DNA of 64,000 nt. Origin: Macrostomum lignano. Its lineage: Eukaryota. The notes beneath the pieces were generated by a model. The model made no database searches, was not told where the DNA came from, and was given only the letters and a program-made list of their open reading frames with translations. The DNA lies in NCBI GenBank assembly GCA_002269645.1, contig NIVC01002131.1, positions 63,836 through 127,835 on the forward strand, in the 5' to 3' direction. Made by a program: the position numbers and the translations under genes. Below are positions 11,801-31,025 of this stretch, in pieces; position 1 is the stretch's first letter, and the number at the start of each line of letters is the position of its first letter.

Positions 11801-12200
11801 GCCGGCACCCGACCAGGTTGAAACGTCGTTCGAAGTCGGCTCGGACGCCGCCTGCTCCGTTTTAGACGAGGACGCCGGAGCTCCGGGATTGCGGTCCGGC
11901 TTTCGTGGCGAACCGGCTTCGCGCGACGAGCTGGCGTTCCTAACGCGGCGCGTCGACCGTCTGGAAGGCCGGGTCGGCGGCGCGCTCAACAGCATCGATC
12001 GAGTGCTGATGACGCTCGAGAGGCTGGAACGGCTCCGACTCGAGCACCGCACGTCGCTATACCGAATGCTGAAGCTTGTGAGGGCTCCTTTGTCTGGGTC
12101 GCCTGAGGTATCTAGACTCAATCTGATGGAGCAGCTTCAGCAGGAACTTCGTCAATGGGATTCGCCAGCGGCCGGTGTTGGGAAACCTGAGCAGCAGTGA
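2829..12200 (+). CDS. PKD2: Polycystin-2 (TRPP) cation channel, about 803 aa; exons 2829-3135, 3206-3336, 3410-3701, 9583-9804, 10340-11121, 11197-11324, 11569-11686, 11769-12200
   Basis: All introns are GT-AG with consistent phases. Motifs: [10 protein letters not shown]; [18 protein letters not shown]; [42 protein letters not shown]; pore LFRIILGD; [13 protein letters not shown]; EF-hand [12 protein letters not shown]; coiled coil [18 protein letters not shown]. An upstream exon ending at 2165 is possible. Confidence 0.95.
3720..9452. repeat. 12-bp satellite (TTAGTGTCTGTC)n, about 5.7 kb (roughly 475 copies), filling PKD2 intron 3
   Basis: Read directly; source of the [12 protein letters not shown] pseudo-ORFs. 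Confidence 0.97.
10010..10056 (-). repeat. 3' half of a tRNA-like (SINE-type) sequence with B box
   Basis: Minus strand CCGACTCTCCCACCTAAGTCCCGGGTTCGATTCTCTACCGCGTG contains a GGTTCGATTC B box; no A box or D arm seen. Confidence 0.4.
10156..10226 (+). repeat. Degenerate tRNA-derived head (SINE-like or tRNA pseudogene)
   Basis: A box-like GCAGCTCAGCGGTA, anticodon-loop-like CTGACTCTCGC and B box GGTTCAATTC at tRNA spacing; stems pair poorly. Confidence 0.45.
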
Positions 12201-12354
12201 CTGCCTGGCTGGCTCGAATTTGATTGGGATCCGCTGCCACCAGCCACGATGTAGCCTTATCAATACAAGCTGCATATGACACTTGATAACTTAAAATGAA
12301 CTATCAGCCAATAAGATTTAAGAGAGAGTAGGGGCGACAAACTGGGAGGGGGTA

Positions 12355-16513
<4,159 letters not shown>

Positions 16514-18136
16514 TCACTTTCCTAATAAATAATGATACATTCTTTTTATCTTATAGACAGCGTCACAAGTATAATTCTCTGCACAGAGAACTCAGATCTA
16601 ATACTACGCTCGTATTATCTAACCCTCTTCTGTGCACCATAAAATCGCATAAATGAAATCTACAGTTTAAGATCTCAGAACTTACTTTCTTACCGAAGCT
16701 TTATGTGAGAAGAGTCTCTAAGATTATCGATACTCTTATATCTTTTATGGCTTCAGTGCTATTATATCGCTTACCTATCGCGCATGATTAAACGTGCTGC
16801 TAAATATGCAGCTTCTGACGCACAGAAACAAGCGAAAAGTACATCCAGTACTATTTACCCGCTCTTCTCACCAATTCTTGTTGTTTTCGCTCTCGTTAAC
16901 TTGGCTAGAGGAAAACGCTAGCTCTAATATTTATCCACGGACAGTTTCTGCTTACCTCAACCAGCCAGTGAAACTTAATCTGATTCAAACGGTCTTGTTT
17001 TTGCTTCGTTTGAACGATAATTAGCAAGAAATTGCTGGCTTCTTAAAAATTGTATCATACTTCAAGGGGGTCTGCTGTTTTGTCCATGCATCGCTTGGTT
17101 CACTTTTAGTCTGGCCTGGGCCACAGGAGACACCCACCGGATTTCTTTCTCCCCTGTGTCTCTTCCCCCAAAAACGCGGCTTCATAAAGACGCAGGGAAA
17201 TGAGATGAGTATTAAAACCCGACGCAGGAAGGGAAGCTGAGGCAGAGCAGGGAGACTCTATCTATTACAGACGGGATTTAATTATCCAACGAACGAGCAC
17301 AAAGCATAAAGAAGATGCAGTACAAGGACACAGGGTGGATCCGTAGCCGAGGTCACACTCGCTGCAAGCCATGGATAATGATGCACGCCGATTTGAGAGA
17401 TCGAATTGCTAGAATTTGCTCACCTGAGCATAGAGATTGTTCGCTGTGCAACCGGCCGCGAAATTCTCTCTCGATCTGGGACTCTCGATCTGCTCTCGGC
17501 TGCCCAAATCTTTCGAGTTCGGCAAGAGTTATTCTCTGTACGAGTATGTCTATCCTGACCTCTGCACTGTCACAGGTCAAAGTCCCAGCTCGAACAGAAA
17601 GTGAAGTCGAATTCTGATTAGCGGTAGCTACTCGTGAGCTTTGCACAGACAGTGTTTTGCATTCAATGGATTTTTATTGGCTTCCAATCAATAGTGAAAT
17701 CCGGAAAAATGCACAGCTTCATCAGTAGAAAAATAAACAATAGAAATGAGAGCACAATTAAGTATACACAACGCTCAGTGGAAAGACCAGCGGCTTTTGC
17801 ACGTGGATGATTCGATGCAGCAAATTATAGGAAGATTCCGTCTGTACTCGAGAGGGAAATAAACGTGCCGATAGCTGCTCTATACACTCAATTTTTCGCG
17901 TGCCGTCCTGCGCTTTTCGATTGTCTGTCTGGAATTAATTTGAAAAGGATAAGCATTTATGGGATTAATAAGCAAATATGCAGTCTCATTGATTAATTAC
18001 CCCCTTTGTCAACTCTAACAGAAGCCCCGCATGATACCAAAATTCGCTCACAAAAGTGCTATTCAAAGCATCATTTCTGCATTTTTACACCCTACTCATA
18101 CTCTGGCTTTAAAACTCCCAATTTCCACCTTTAACT

Positions 18137-18450
18137 GTAGCCCCGAAACCCCTCATTTCCACACCCACCTCACACCATAGCCACCGAAACCCCTCATTTC
18201 CACACCCACCTCACACCCTATCCCCGAAACCCCTCATTTCCACACCCACCTCACACCCTAGCCCCGAAACCCCTCATTTCCACACCCACCTCACACCCTA
18301 GCCCCGAAACCCCTCATTTCCACACCCACCTCACACCATAGCCACCGAAACCCCTCATTTCCACACCCACCTCCAGTCCCCGAACCCCCCACCTTTGCAT
18401 CTCACATCATACACTAGCCCCCGAAACCCCCTATTTCCACACCTTCCACA
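18137..18450. repeat. 40-bp C-rich minisatellite (CCCCGAAACCCCTCATTTCCACACCCACCTCACACCCTAG), about 6-7 copies
   Basis: Read directly. Confidence 0.9.
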
Positions 18451-18829
18451 TGTGGAAATCTTTGCATTCAATTTCCAGAGATTGCGCTTCGCCGCACTCT
18501 CAAGATTTTCAAGATACTCTGGCACTTTCAATTTTCACAACTGCACGTACAGCTTCACGGCCGGGCGGCACTCGCTGCAAATGATTTCCATTATAGAAAT
18601 TGAAAATTAAACACCACCAATAGCAGTGTTCGTTTAATTTGCTTTGTTTACGATGAATTATGACCAAGTTTAGATGGTCAAGTTCAAGTTGAAAATCGAC
18701 GCTCCTATTTGTTCTGTCATCTACATGTAAACTGTTATTTCTTAGCACCGGGCTGGTAAATCCACTAGCGCGAGGTGAAATGTGCCTGTTTCAGCTTGTG
18801 CAACATCAGATACGGAGAGGGACAGGGCG

Positions 18830-19035
18830 GATGTGGAGAGAGAGAGAGAGACTGGACGGATGGGCGAAGAGGGACAGGACGGATGGCGAGAGAGTGGAGG
18901 GAGGGTAGAAAAGAAGAGAGGGAGAGAGGGAGAGGGAGAGGGAGAGGGAGAGAGGGAGAGGGAGAGGGAGAGAGGGAGAGGGAGAGAGGGAGAGGGAGAG
19001 AGGGAGAGAGAGAGGGAGAGGGAGAGAGGAGAGGC
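18830..19035. repeat. GA/GGGAGA purine microsatellite downstream of the Cys-rich gene
   Basis: Read directly. Confidence 0.9.
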
Positions 19036-19083
19036 AGCAGGAGCCAGTGTGATGCGCAGAACAGGCCCGAGGCGCTCACCCCA

Positions 19084-20885
19084 TCACAGACCGGAGTACA
19101 CCGGCCCGCCATCTCCGCCTTTAATCAGCGGCATCCGCTCATTGCCGGCCGTTGCCGACGCCGCCGCCGCAGTCATTGAGTCGGAAAAATCGGCGGCACC
19201 CGCGCCGCTAGCATCGACAAGACCGGCTCTACGGCGCCGGCGCCGGCGCCAAGCGCGCACGTAGCCAGCAACGGCGAGGCCGACAATGACGGAGACGATA
19301 GCGGAGGCGGACAGCACCGCGTACAGACTGGCGGTCGCCTGGCAGGCGTTGCTGGACTTGTCAGCGGCCAGGAAAGGACCGCGGCACTGGATTGGCTCGT
19401 AGCTGCCTGCCGGACACACGGACAGGGCCGGACAGGACTCGGGGTCCACCCAGGGCCGGGGACAGTAGTAGCCGGCCGGGCAGGCCAGGCAGCCCAGGGA
19501 GCCCTCGGCCCGATTGTAATAGCCGGGCTGGCACAGCTTGCAGTCGTCTACAGCCGGGTAGGCTTTGTAGAAGCCGCGCCTGCAGGCCTGGCAGTCAAGG
19601 CCGCCTTCGTGTTTCTGATCCCGCCCGGCTGGGCAGACCACACAGGCGCTGGCGCCGGTCCAGTTAGCGAAGGTGCCCGCCGGACAGGGCTGGCAGGCCG
19701 ACTGACCCGCCGTGTGGCTGAACTGGCCTGGCGGGCAGAGCTGTGGAAGTTTTCCAAGAGCGCTAATTAGACGACGAGGCATGAGACTACCTATGTTACA
19801 GTTAGTTGCTCCTGCCTTATACCCAATATGAACTATTGCAATCGCTTGTAAGGAAGGTAATCTGAATGTAGGACAAGCGTACCCCTGCCCGATATAGCCA
19901 GCCCCATTAAAGCACCTATAGTTTTCCCTTCATTCCATGTATCTTATGTATCAGTATCTTCCCAACGGTTCCCCTTCTCCCCCACTGTTTGTTCCCCATT
20001 CTCCCCTACGGTTCGACACTTCCCTACGGTTCCCATTCTCCCCCTACTGTTCCCCATTCTCCCCTCTACGGTTCGACATTCTCCCCTACGGTTCCCATTC
20101 TCCCCTACGGTTCCCATTCTCCCCCTACGGTTCCCCATTCTCCCCCCTACGGTTCGACATTCTCCCCTACGGTTCCCATTCTCCCCCTACGGTTCCCCAT
20201 TCTCCCCCCTACGGTTCCCCATTCTCCCCCTACGGTTCCCCATTCTCCTCCTACGGTTCCCCATTCTCCCCCTACGGTTCCCCATTCTCCCCCTACGGTT
20301 CCCCATTCTCCTCCTACGGTTCCCCATTCTCCTCCTACGGTTCCCCATTCTCCTCCTACGGTTCCCCATTCTCCTCCTGCGGTTCCCCATTCTCCCCTAT
20401 ACGATTCTTCTTCCACCAGTCCTCAATTTTACTTGGCACTCTAAACTGGCCAACTCGTCCGAGTAGCTCCCGGCCGGACAGGCGCCGCACAGCTGTGCGC
20501 CTGACTCGGATTTGTTGAAACCCGGCCGGCATTCGGTACAGTTAATGGCGCCTCTGCTGGGCGCCTCCTCGCCTGCTGGACAGGCTGTGCAGCCGGCCTG
20601 GCCGGACGCAGGCTGGTGCATGCCCACCGGACAGGGCTGACAGTCCCGCTGTCCAGGCTTGGCCTGGCTAGTGCCAGGCGGACACCGGGCGCACTGGCCG
20701 ACATCTGTGCAACGACCCTGGGGACATTTGGTGCAGCCAGGTTCGTTAAGATTCCACACTCGGCCAGCCGGGCACTCAACGCAAGTCGCGGCGTCGCTGG
20801 CAGACATCAAAGAGGCCGTCGATATTAATAATTGCGCAATTAGTGCCGCCGCCAGTCTAACTAAATTGATTTGGCGTTTTATCAT
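19084..20885 (-). CDS. Cys-rich repeat (GCC2-GCC3 / ephrin-receptor-like, TNFR-like) single-pass membrane protein, about 369 aa; exons 20885-20433 and 19740-19084
   Basis: Hydrophobic N-terminal signal (LVRLAAALIAQLLISTASL), about ten CxxCP.G-type repeats (CQPCPVG, CTACPAG, CGACPAGSYS, CQPCPAGTF), TM segment LYAVLSASAIVSVIVGLAVAGYV, poly-Arg stop-transfer and a short tail. Phase-0 GT-AG intron. Confidence 0.85.
19960..20400. repeat. 21-bp minisatellite (CCTACGGTTCCCCATTCTCCC)n in the intron of the Cys-rich gene
   Basis: Read directly. Confidence 0.92.
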
Positions 20886-21343
20886 ACTGTTGATTATTGC
20901 TTTTTTCAGCTTGATTGCCTGTAATTAAAGATGAACGCATAAGCACCACTTAGTTTTATTACAGTGCACACAGCTTTGACGGGAGTGCGCTGCGCTTATC
21001 TTAGTCTTAAGACTGCGGGCTGGTGAAGGGCAATGAAATAAGCCGAAAACCGAGTCCTCGACCCTCTGTCCTTATCTCTTTCAGGCTTCGTCCTTCTCTC
21101 CTATTTGGTTAGGAAGGGTGTACATTTGGACAGACCCCTCCCCCACACCCATAGAGTTCGTAACAAACCGTACATTGCCGTCCTTTGCCGTGAATGTACA
21201 TTGACGATAAGGGAATGGGGGCTAGAGAAAAGTTCTATTTTCTGCCAAGCGAAAAAATAACCGCTTCTGATACGAATACATGTAATAAGCCTAAGGAGAT
21301 TAAGTAAGACGATAAAACTAATTTTTGGTTAAGGTCAATGGTT

Positions 21344-21453
21344 GGTTATTCGTAAGTGAGACTTTAGGATAATAGTCCGGCTCATGAGTGCGCGCAGCCG
21401 GACGCACGAGTGAGCATAGGACTATTATCCTAAAGTCTCACTTACGAATAACC
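21344..21453. repeat. Perfect 35-bp inverted repeat (21344-21378 / 21419-21453) with a 40-nt partly paired loop
   Basis: GGTTATTCGTAAGTGAGACTTTAGGATAATAGTCC and its exact reverse complement; the loop also holds GCTCA/TGAGC and GTGCG/CGCAC pairs. Confidence 0.95.
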
Positions 21454-21668
21454 GCATTGTCGAATTTCAGTGGGGCCATAGACAAAAAGGGCATCGAAAG
21501 GAGAGAGGGGTTACCGAGGAGAGAGAGACATAAAGACTGAGGTGGTTTACTGGAGTTTGGGCCATAGACAACGAAGTTGCAAACAGGCTTGGGGTTAAGA
21601 GGGTGGAAAGGAAGGAGATGTGGAGAGAAAGAGAGAATAAAACGTAAATAGCTACATTCGCTTGGCCA

Positions 21669-22143
21669 TGGAGAACCAGACGTCATATCCGATCAACTGG
21701 GGCAATCTGCCTGTCGAAAGTTTAGCCAACGTATCTAGCAGCGAACTCAATTGGATCTCAAGACTTTCCACATCTCAGAAGGACATGAAGGATAACGAAG
21801 ACTTTTTGAACTTCTTGCACTTTCTTGAGACCTGGAATCGGCTGGGCATTCGATGAGCGAGATCATGGCTATCACGGGTCAAAAGTCCGAGAGCACGGTC
21901 CGGCGCTACCTGGCATGTTAAACGGGACAAGTCCCTGCAACAATGCAGCGATGCAGTGTCGCGTCGCGTGCGTTGAACATGGGACAAAGCGCCGCGACCC
22001 ACGGTCAAGTAACAATGCCTGCTGACATCAGCATCCAAAGTTCCATCGTGCAAGAAGCAGTGAGCGTGTCTGATGGTCGTCAGATGAACGGTCGGAATAT
22101 CTTTATTATGAACAACTGCACTTTCAACAATTGCAATCTGTAA
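21669..22143 (+). mobile_element. Internally deleted, degenerate Crypton-type tyrosine-recombinase transposon relic
   Basis: 21829-21918 translates DLESAGHSMSEIMAITGQKSESTVRRYLAC, matching the YR C-terminal box L..AG.....IM..TGH.S......Y. It is followed (frameshifted) by KRDKSLQQCSDAVSR and a tail ending IFIMNNCTFNNCNL*. A short N-terminal piece MENQTSYP... abuts it directly. Confidence 0.7.
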
Positions 22144-22485
22144 TGGTCTTCGGCACTATGACAATTGCGCCATATTGATACTGCACAATTAACTTTCCAT
22201 AGCGCTAATCTTTTGTTGTTGGTGTTTGCTGTTTTGTTCTAAAAATAGGCGTCCATTATCCCGAGTTTGAAATCATTATCCTGAAGTTTAAGTGAAAAAA
22301 TAAATAAATGTGCTCATGGTTTAACCATAGACGATTGCATTATCCTAAAGGCTGATTTTTGACAATGACTATAGGGTATCAGTACTTTGAAAATGCACAA
22401 TTTTAATGCTTTCTCGAAAGCAAAACCTTGATCGTATAGATAGTGGAATTTAAATTCAGCTAAATGAGTTTAAGTGAGCCAGAAC

Positions 22486-22977
22486 TAGGGATTGCAATCC
22501 CGGGATCCCGAAATCCCGGGATTGGGCCTAAATCCCGGGATTTCCAGTCCCAGGATCCGGGACCCCAAATCCCGGGACTAATTTTTGTTAATATTTTTTA
22601 CAAAAAGTGCTGTAATATAAACATAATTAGGCCCACAACTAGTTTATTATACTGCGCTAATTTCCGTTAATTGCCTCACGTCGTGTGGCACCTTTTTAAA
22701 CCCCGCATCACAGATTTAAATGTCAAATTAATTCCAATTTAAATTTTAATATGATTTGCTTCTTTACTACTAATTAGTACATTTATACTACTTACTTCAA
22801 TAGGTCACAAGATAATGCTGTTATCATCTACAAATAGATCATTATCTCTATAACAATAAAAAAGTAAGCAAAAAAGCGTTTAGCGCATATTTTGCCTTAA
22901 AATTTCAACCTAGAAGCATAAAAATCTGTATTATTCTGATCCCGGGATCACAAAAATCCGGGATTTTGCAATCCCTA
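22486..22977. mobile_element. hAT-type MITE, 492 bp
   Basis: TIR TAGGGATTGCAA...TTGCAATCCCTA; 8-bp TSD GCCAGAAC (22478-22485 and 22978-22985); subterminal ATCCCGGGA repeats. Confidence 0.9.
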
Positions 22978-22997
22978 GCCAGAACTCTGGAAAAAAG

Positions 22998-23705
22998 AGC
23001 GCCGGCTGTAGGGAAGGGGCGCCGGCTGTAGGAAAGGGGCGCCGGCTGTAGGGAAGGGGCGCCGGCTGTAGGAAAGGGGCGCCGGCTGTAGGTAAGGGGC
23101 GCCGGCTGTAGGTAAGGGGCGCCGGCTGTAGGGAAGGGGCGCCGGCTGTAGGGAAGGGGCGCCGGCTGTAGGAAAGGGGCGCCGGCTGTAGGTAAGGGGC
23201 GCCGGCTGTAGGTAAGGGGCGCCGGCTGTAGGGAAGGGGCGCCGGCTGTAGGAAAGGGGCGCTGCAAGGAGGAGAGCGCCGTAGAGAAGAGGGCGCCGTA
23301 GAGAAGGGGCGTCGTTAAGGAGCGCCGTAGGGAAGGGAACACCGTAGGGGAGAGAACACCGTAGGGAAGGGGGCGCCGTAGGGAATGGAGCGCCGTAGGG
23401 AATGGAGCGCCGTAGGGAAGAGAGCGCCGTAGGGAATGGAGCGCCGTAGGGAAGAGAGCGCCGTAGGGAATGGAGCGCCGTAGGGAATGGAGCGCCGTAG
23501 GGAATGGAGCGCTGTAGGGAATGGAGCGCCGTAGTGAAGAGAGCGCCGTAGGGAAGAGAGCGCCGTAGGGAATGGAGCGCCGTAGGGGAGGGGGCACCGT
23601 AGGGAAGAGAGCGCCGTAGGGAAGGGGGCGCCGTAGGGAATGGACTGCCATAAGGGCGCTGTAGGGAAGGGAGCGCTATAGGTAAGGGGCGCTGTAGGGA
23701 AGGGA
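22998..23705. repeat. G-rich minisatellites: 20-bp (GGGCGCCGGCTGTAGGGAAG)n grading into 17-18-bp (GAGCGCCGTAGGGAATG)n
   Basis: Read directly. Confidence 0.92.
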
Positions 23706-24649
23706 GAGAGGGAGAAATCGGGATTCTGTGAACAGTTTGCCGGTGTATTAAATTGGCTAGCCAGCAATAACAGATTTGAGAGACAAAATTGCTACGAATG
23801 CATCGCCAACACTTCAACACTAAGCAGAAACAAAAATGCTTTTAGAAGGGCACCTGTGCACCTGGGCTAAGCTGCTTCATCAACGAAATACATGGACGGA
23901 CTTATCATTGGGCCGCGGGGGATTATTCAGGTTTTGACACACGAGACGACAGGGCGCTGCAAAAGAGACGGGCTTCAGTCAGGCTCAGAGAAATCCTGCT
24001 TTCTTCTATAGTATCTTTTATTATCTTCCCATAATCCCCTAGGAAAGAAGAGACAGGTACAAATCGGGATGCTGGGATTAGACGCTAAGCTCTTATCCTC
24101 TTCCCCTACAAGCGATTGGTCGGCGCCAATGTCCAGTGCTCTCTCATGTCAATCCCCTCCCAAAAATTCTATAAGCTGATGCCCACCGCCCTCGCAATCC
24201 TTCTCGATTCTATCGCAGGGCGAGTAGGTGCAGAAAGAAATCTTTTCTTTTCATTGCAAGATTTCTGCTTCTGTGCTGCCTGCCCCGGCTCGAGTGTCAG
24301 GCTAGACGAACAGGCAGGTAAGAGTGATTGCTTTGCCACTCAGTCAGGGTCTTGAAGAAGTCTTGTAGTCTGCTGATTAAAAAGTACATAGGCGGATTTA
24401 GCAGGACCCTGAAGCCCTTCTGCTGAGGAAAATGAAAGCGTTATTAAAAAGAACACCGAATTGAGTTTCCTGTGTCAGTTTCATTTCCTGCTGCGATATC
24501 TCCGACATGAAGCAAGAAAGCTGACAGCAATACGCGAACTTATTTGCTACTAAAAATGTGATGTCTAAAGATGTGATGTCTAGAGAAAAAAAACGGCTTA
24601 ATATTTGCTATTTTCTTTCATACGAGTACTTTGATAAAAAATTTTGACA

Positions 24650-24920
24650 CACCCAGTACAGCAAATAAAGTACCCAATAGTACAGCAATCAGGATATCCG
24701 GTACAACTATGAGATACCCAGTACAGCAACCGGGATGCCCAGTACAGCAACCGGGATCCAGTACAGCAACCGGGATGCACAGTACAGCAACCAGGATGCC
24801 CAGTACAGCAACCGGGATGCACAGTACAGCAATCAGGATGCACAGTACAGCAACCGGGATGCCCAGTACAGCAACCGGGATGCACAGTACAGCAACCGGG
24901 ATGCACAGTACAGCAACCGG
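24650..24920. repeat. 21-bp minisatellite (CAGTACAGCAACCGGGATGCA)n directly upstream of the adaptor gene
   Basis: Read directly. Confidence 0.9.
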
Positions 24921-24961
24921 CATACTATACCAGCCCGCAGGGATTTCCTACCGCTAATCTG

Positions 24962-28842
<3,881 letters not shown>

Positions 28843-29112
28843 GCCGATTTAACAACAAGGAGGACAAAAAAGACAACGATTTGGCTGAGATTAAAGCTGG
28901 CGAAAAAATGGTCAGAAAATTTTTGTTTAAAACTTTGTTTTTGAAATTTTCTGTGTGTTCATTAAATACTTTGATTGTTGCCAAGCCGCGCACAGTTTAG
29001 CTGACAATCTGTCTGACAATCTGACCCTATCCCTGACATTCTTTCTGATCATCAAGAATACAATCTAATACTTTGGTGTCAAATTCTTTGATTTTTTAAA
29101 ATTGGATTTGAG

Positions 29113-29550
29113 TTCTAGCTCTAATTCTAGTGCTAATTCGAGTTCTAGTAGCGCTAATTCGAGTTCTAGTAGCGCTAATTCGAGTTCTAGTAGCGCTAAT
29201 TCGAGTTCTAGTAGCGCTAATTCGAGTTCTAGTAGCGCCAATTCGAGTTCTAGTAGCGCTAATTCGAGTTCTAGTAGCGCTAATTCGAGTTCTAGTAGCG
29301 CTAATTCGAGTTCTAGTAGCGCTAATTCGAGTTCTAGTAGCGCCAATTCGAGTTCTAGTAGCGCTAATTCGAGTTCTAGTAGCGCTAATTCGAGTTCTAG
29401 TAGCGCTAATTCGAGTTCTAGTAGCGCTAATTCGAGTTCTGGTAGCGCAACTACGAGTTCTAGTAGCGCTAATTCGAGTTCTGGTAGCGCAACTACGAGT
29501 TCTAGTAGCGCAACTACGAGTTCTAGTAGCGCCAATTCGAGCTCTAGTAG
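29113..29550. repeat. 21-bp minisatellite (AGCGCTAATTCGAGTTCTAGT)n
   Basis: Read directly; source of the poly-Ser/LELAL pseudo-ORFs. Confidence 0.93.
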
Positions 29551-29952
29551 GGTCGATTTCAGCTCAAGTGGCGTCAAGATGAGTCAGGGTAATTGCTGTC
29601 GAAAGAAGAGCTGTTGTGCAGTTATCGAACAGAGTGCTCAAAACGAATTCCAGACTCGATACTAAGCTGCATGCGGCAGCTTTCCGACAGAAGCAAAGCA
29701 GAGCAGAGGGACAGGGAAAGGGGATAGAAGAGAGAAGCGCTGGATACATGCCGTCTTCTATTTAGTAGAAGAAGTAGATACCTATCTGCTTGCACGTAAA
29801 TGTACGAAGACATAAAATAAACAGATATTGCCGATATGTAGCGTACATCTAGTTATCTAATTTTACACTACCCAGAGCAAGGACCATCTTTCGATGCGTA
29901 GAGGTAGCTCGTACGAGTGAAAATATATTTCTACATTAGCAGATTCAGTCCA

Positions 29953-30581
29953 TTGCCGATATGTAGCGTAGTTATCTAATTCTTATGTACCAGGATTGGT
30001 GGATTGCCGATATGTAGCGTAGCTATCTAATTCGTATGTACCAGGATTGGTGGATTGCCGATATGTAGCGTAGTTATCTAATTCTTATGTACTAGGATTG
30101 GTGGATTGCCGATATGTAGCGTAGCTATCTAATTCGTATGTACCAGGATTGGTGGATTGCCGATATGTAGCGTAGTTATCTAATTCTTATGTACCAGGAT
30201 TGGTGGATTGCCGATATGTAGCGTAGTTATCTAATTCTTATGTACCAGGATTGGTGGATTGCCGATATGTAGCGTAGTTATCTAATTCTTATGTACCAGG
30301 ATTGGTGGATTGCCGATATGTAGCGTAGTTATCTAATTCTTATGTACCAGGATTGGTGGATTGCCGATATGTAGCGTAGTTATCTAATTCTTATGTACCA
30401 GGATTGGTGGATTGCCGATATGTAGCGTAGCTATCTAATTCGTATGTACCAGGATTGGTGGATTGCCGATATGTAGCGTTGTTATCTAATTATTATGTAC
30501 CAGGATTGGTGGATTGCCGATATGTAGCGTAGTTATCTAATTCTTATGTACCAGGATTGGTGGATTGCCGATATGTAGCGT
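29953..30581. repeat. 51-bp tandem repeat (GATTGCCGATATGTAGCGTAGTTATCTAATTCTTATGTACCAGGATTGGTG), about 12 copies
   Basis: Read directly; no unique spacers. Confidence 0.93.
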
Positions 30582-31025
30582 AAATATCGGTCTACATTAA
30601 AAGCAAAACAAAGGTCAATGGTGCTGCTTCTAGAAGGCGGCCAGTGAAGTAAGGAAGGCAGCAAGAGCAAAAGGACCAGAGCATTTATTTAATTACTCGT
30701 AGGAATTGAAGAGAGTGCAGGAATCGCGAAACGAATGCTTCATAAACATCGCAAGCAGTTTATTTTATATTATATTTTCAGTATATTATACACAAAATGC
30801 ACTGCAATGCATTAGGGCAGTATAAATAATATCGCGTTGGAGGGAAATTTGAAAAATTAAGGCAAAAAGAAAATTAAAACTCGTATACATAGATTAATTT
30901 ACAATGAGAGAGAGAGAAAGTAATTATATAGGCAGGTGTGACATCAGATATTAGCATACTAAGTACACTTTGTACTTTCAAAGATTACGCGACTAGCCTG
31001 CGCTCGGCTGAGGGACAGCTGAAGG

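Noticed and set aside
17353-17646. 97-aa minus-strand ORF with a possible coiled coil
   Set aside because: No recognisable motif or splice context; cannot be supported without a database search.
18395-18610. ORF containing FNFHNCTYSF, similar to Crypton-type C-terminal tails
   Set aside because: Only about 10 residues of low-complexity similarity and no recombinase motif nearby.
29065-29665. Ser-rich or leucine-zipper-like ORFs
   Set aside because: Products of a 21-bp tandem repeat with no splice or start context.
29953-30581. CRISPR-like regular repeats (also 37198-38356)
   Set aside because: Head-to-tail units with no unique spacers, no cas genes and a eukaryotic context.
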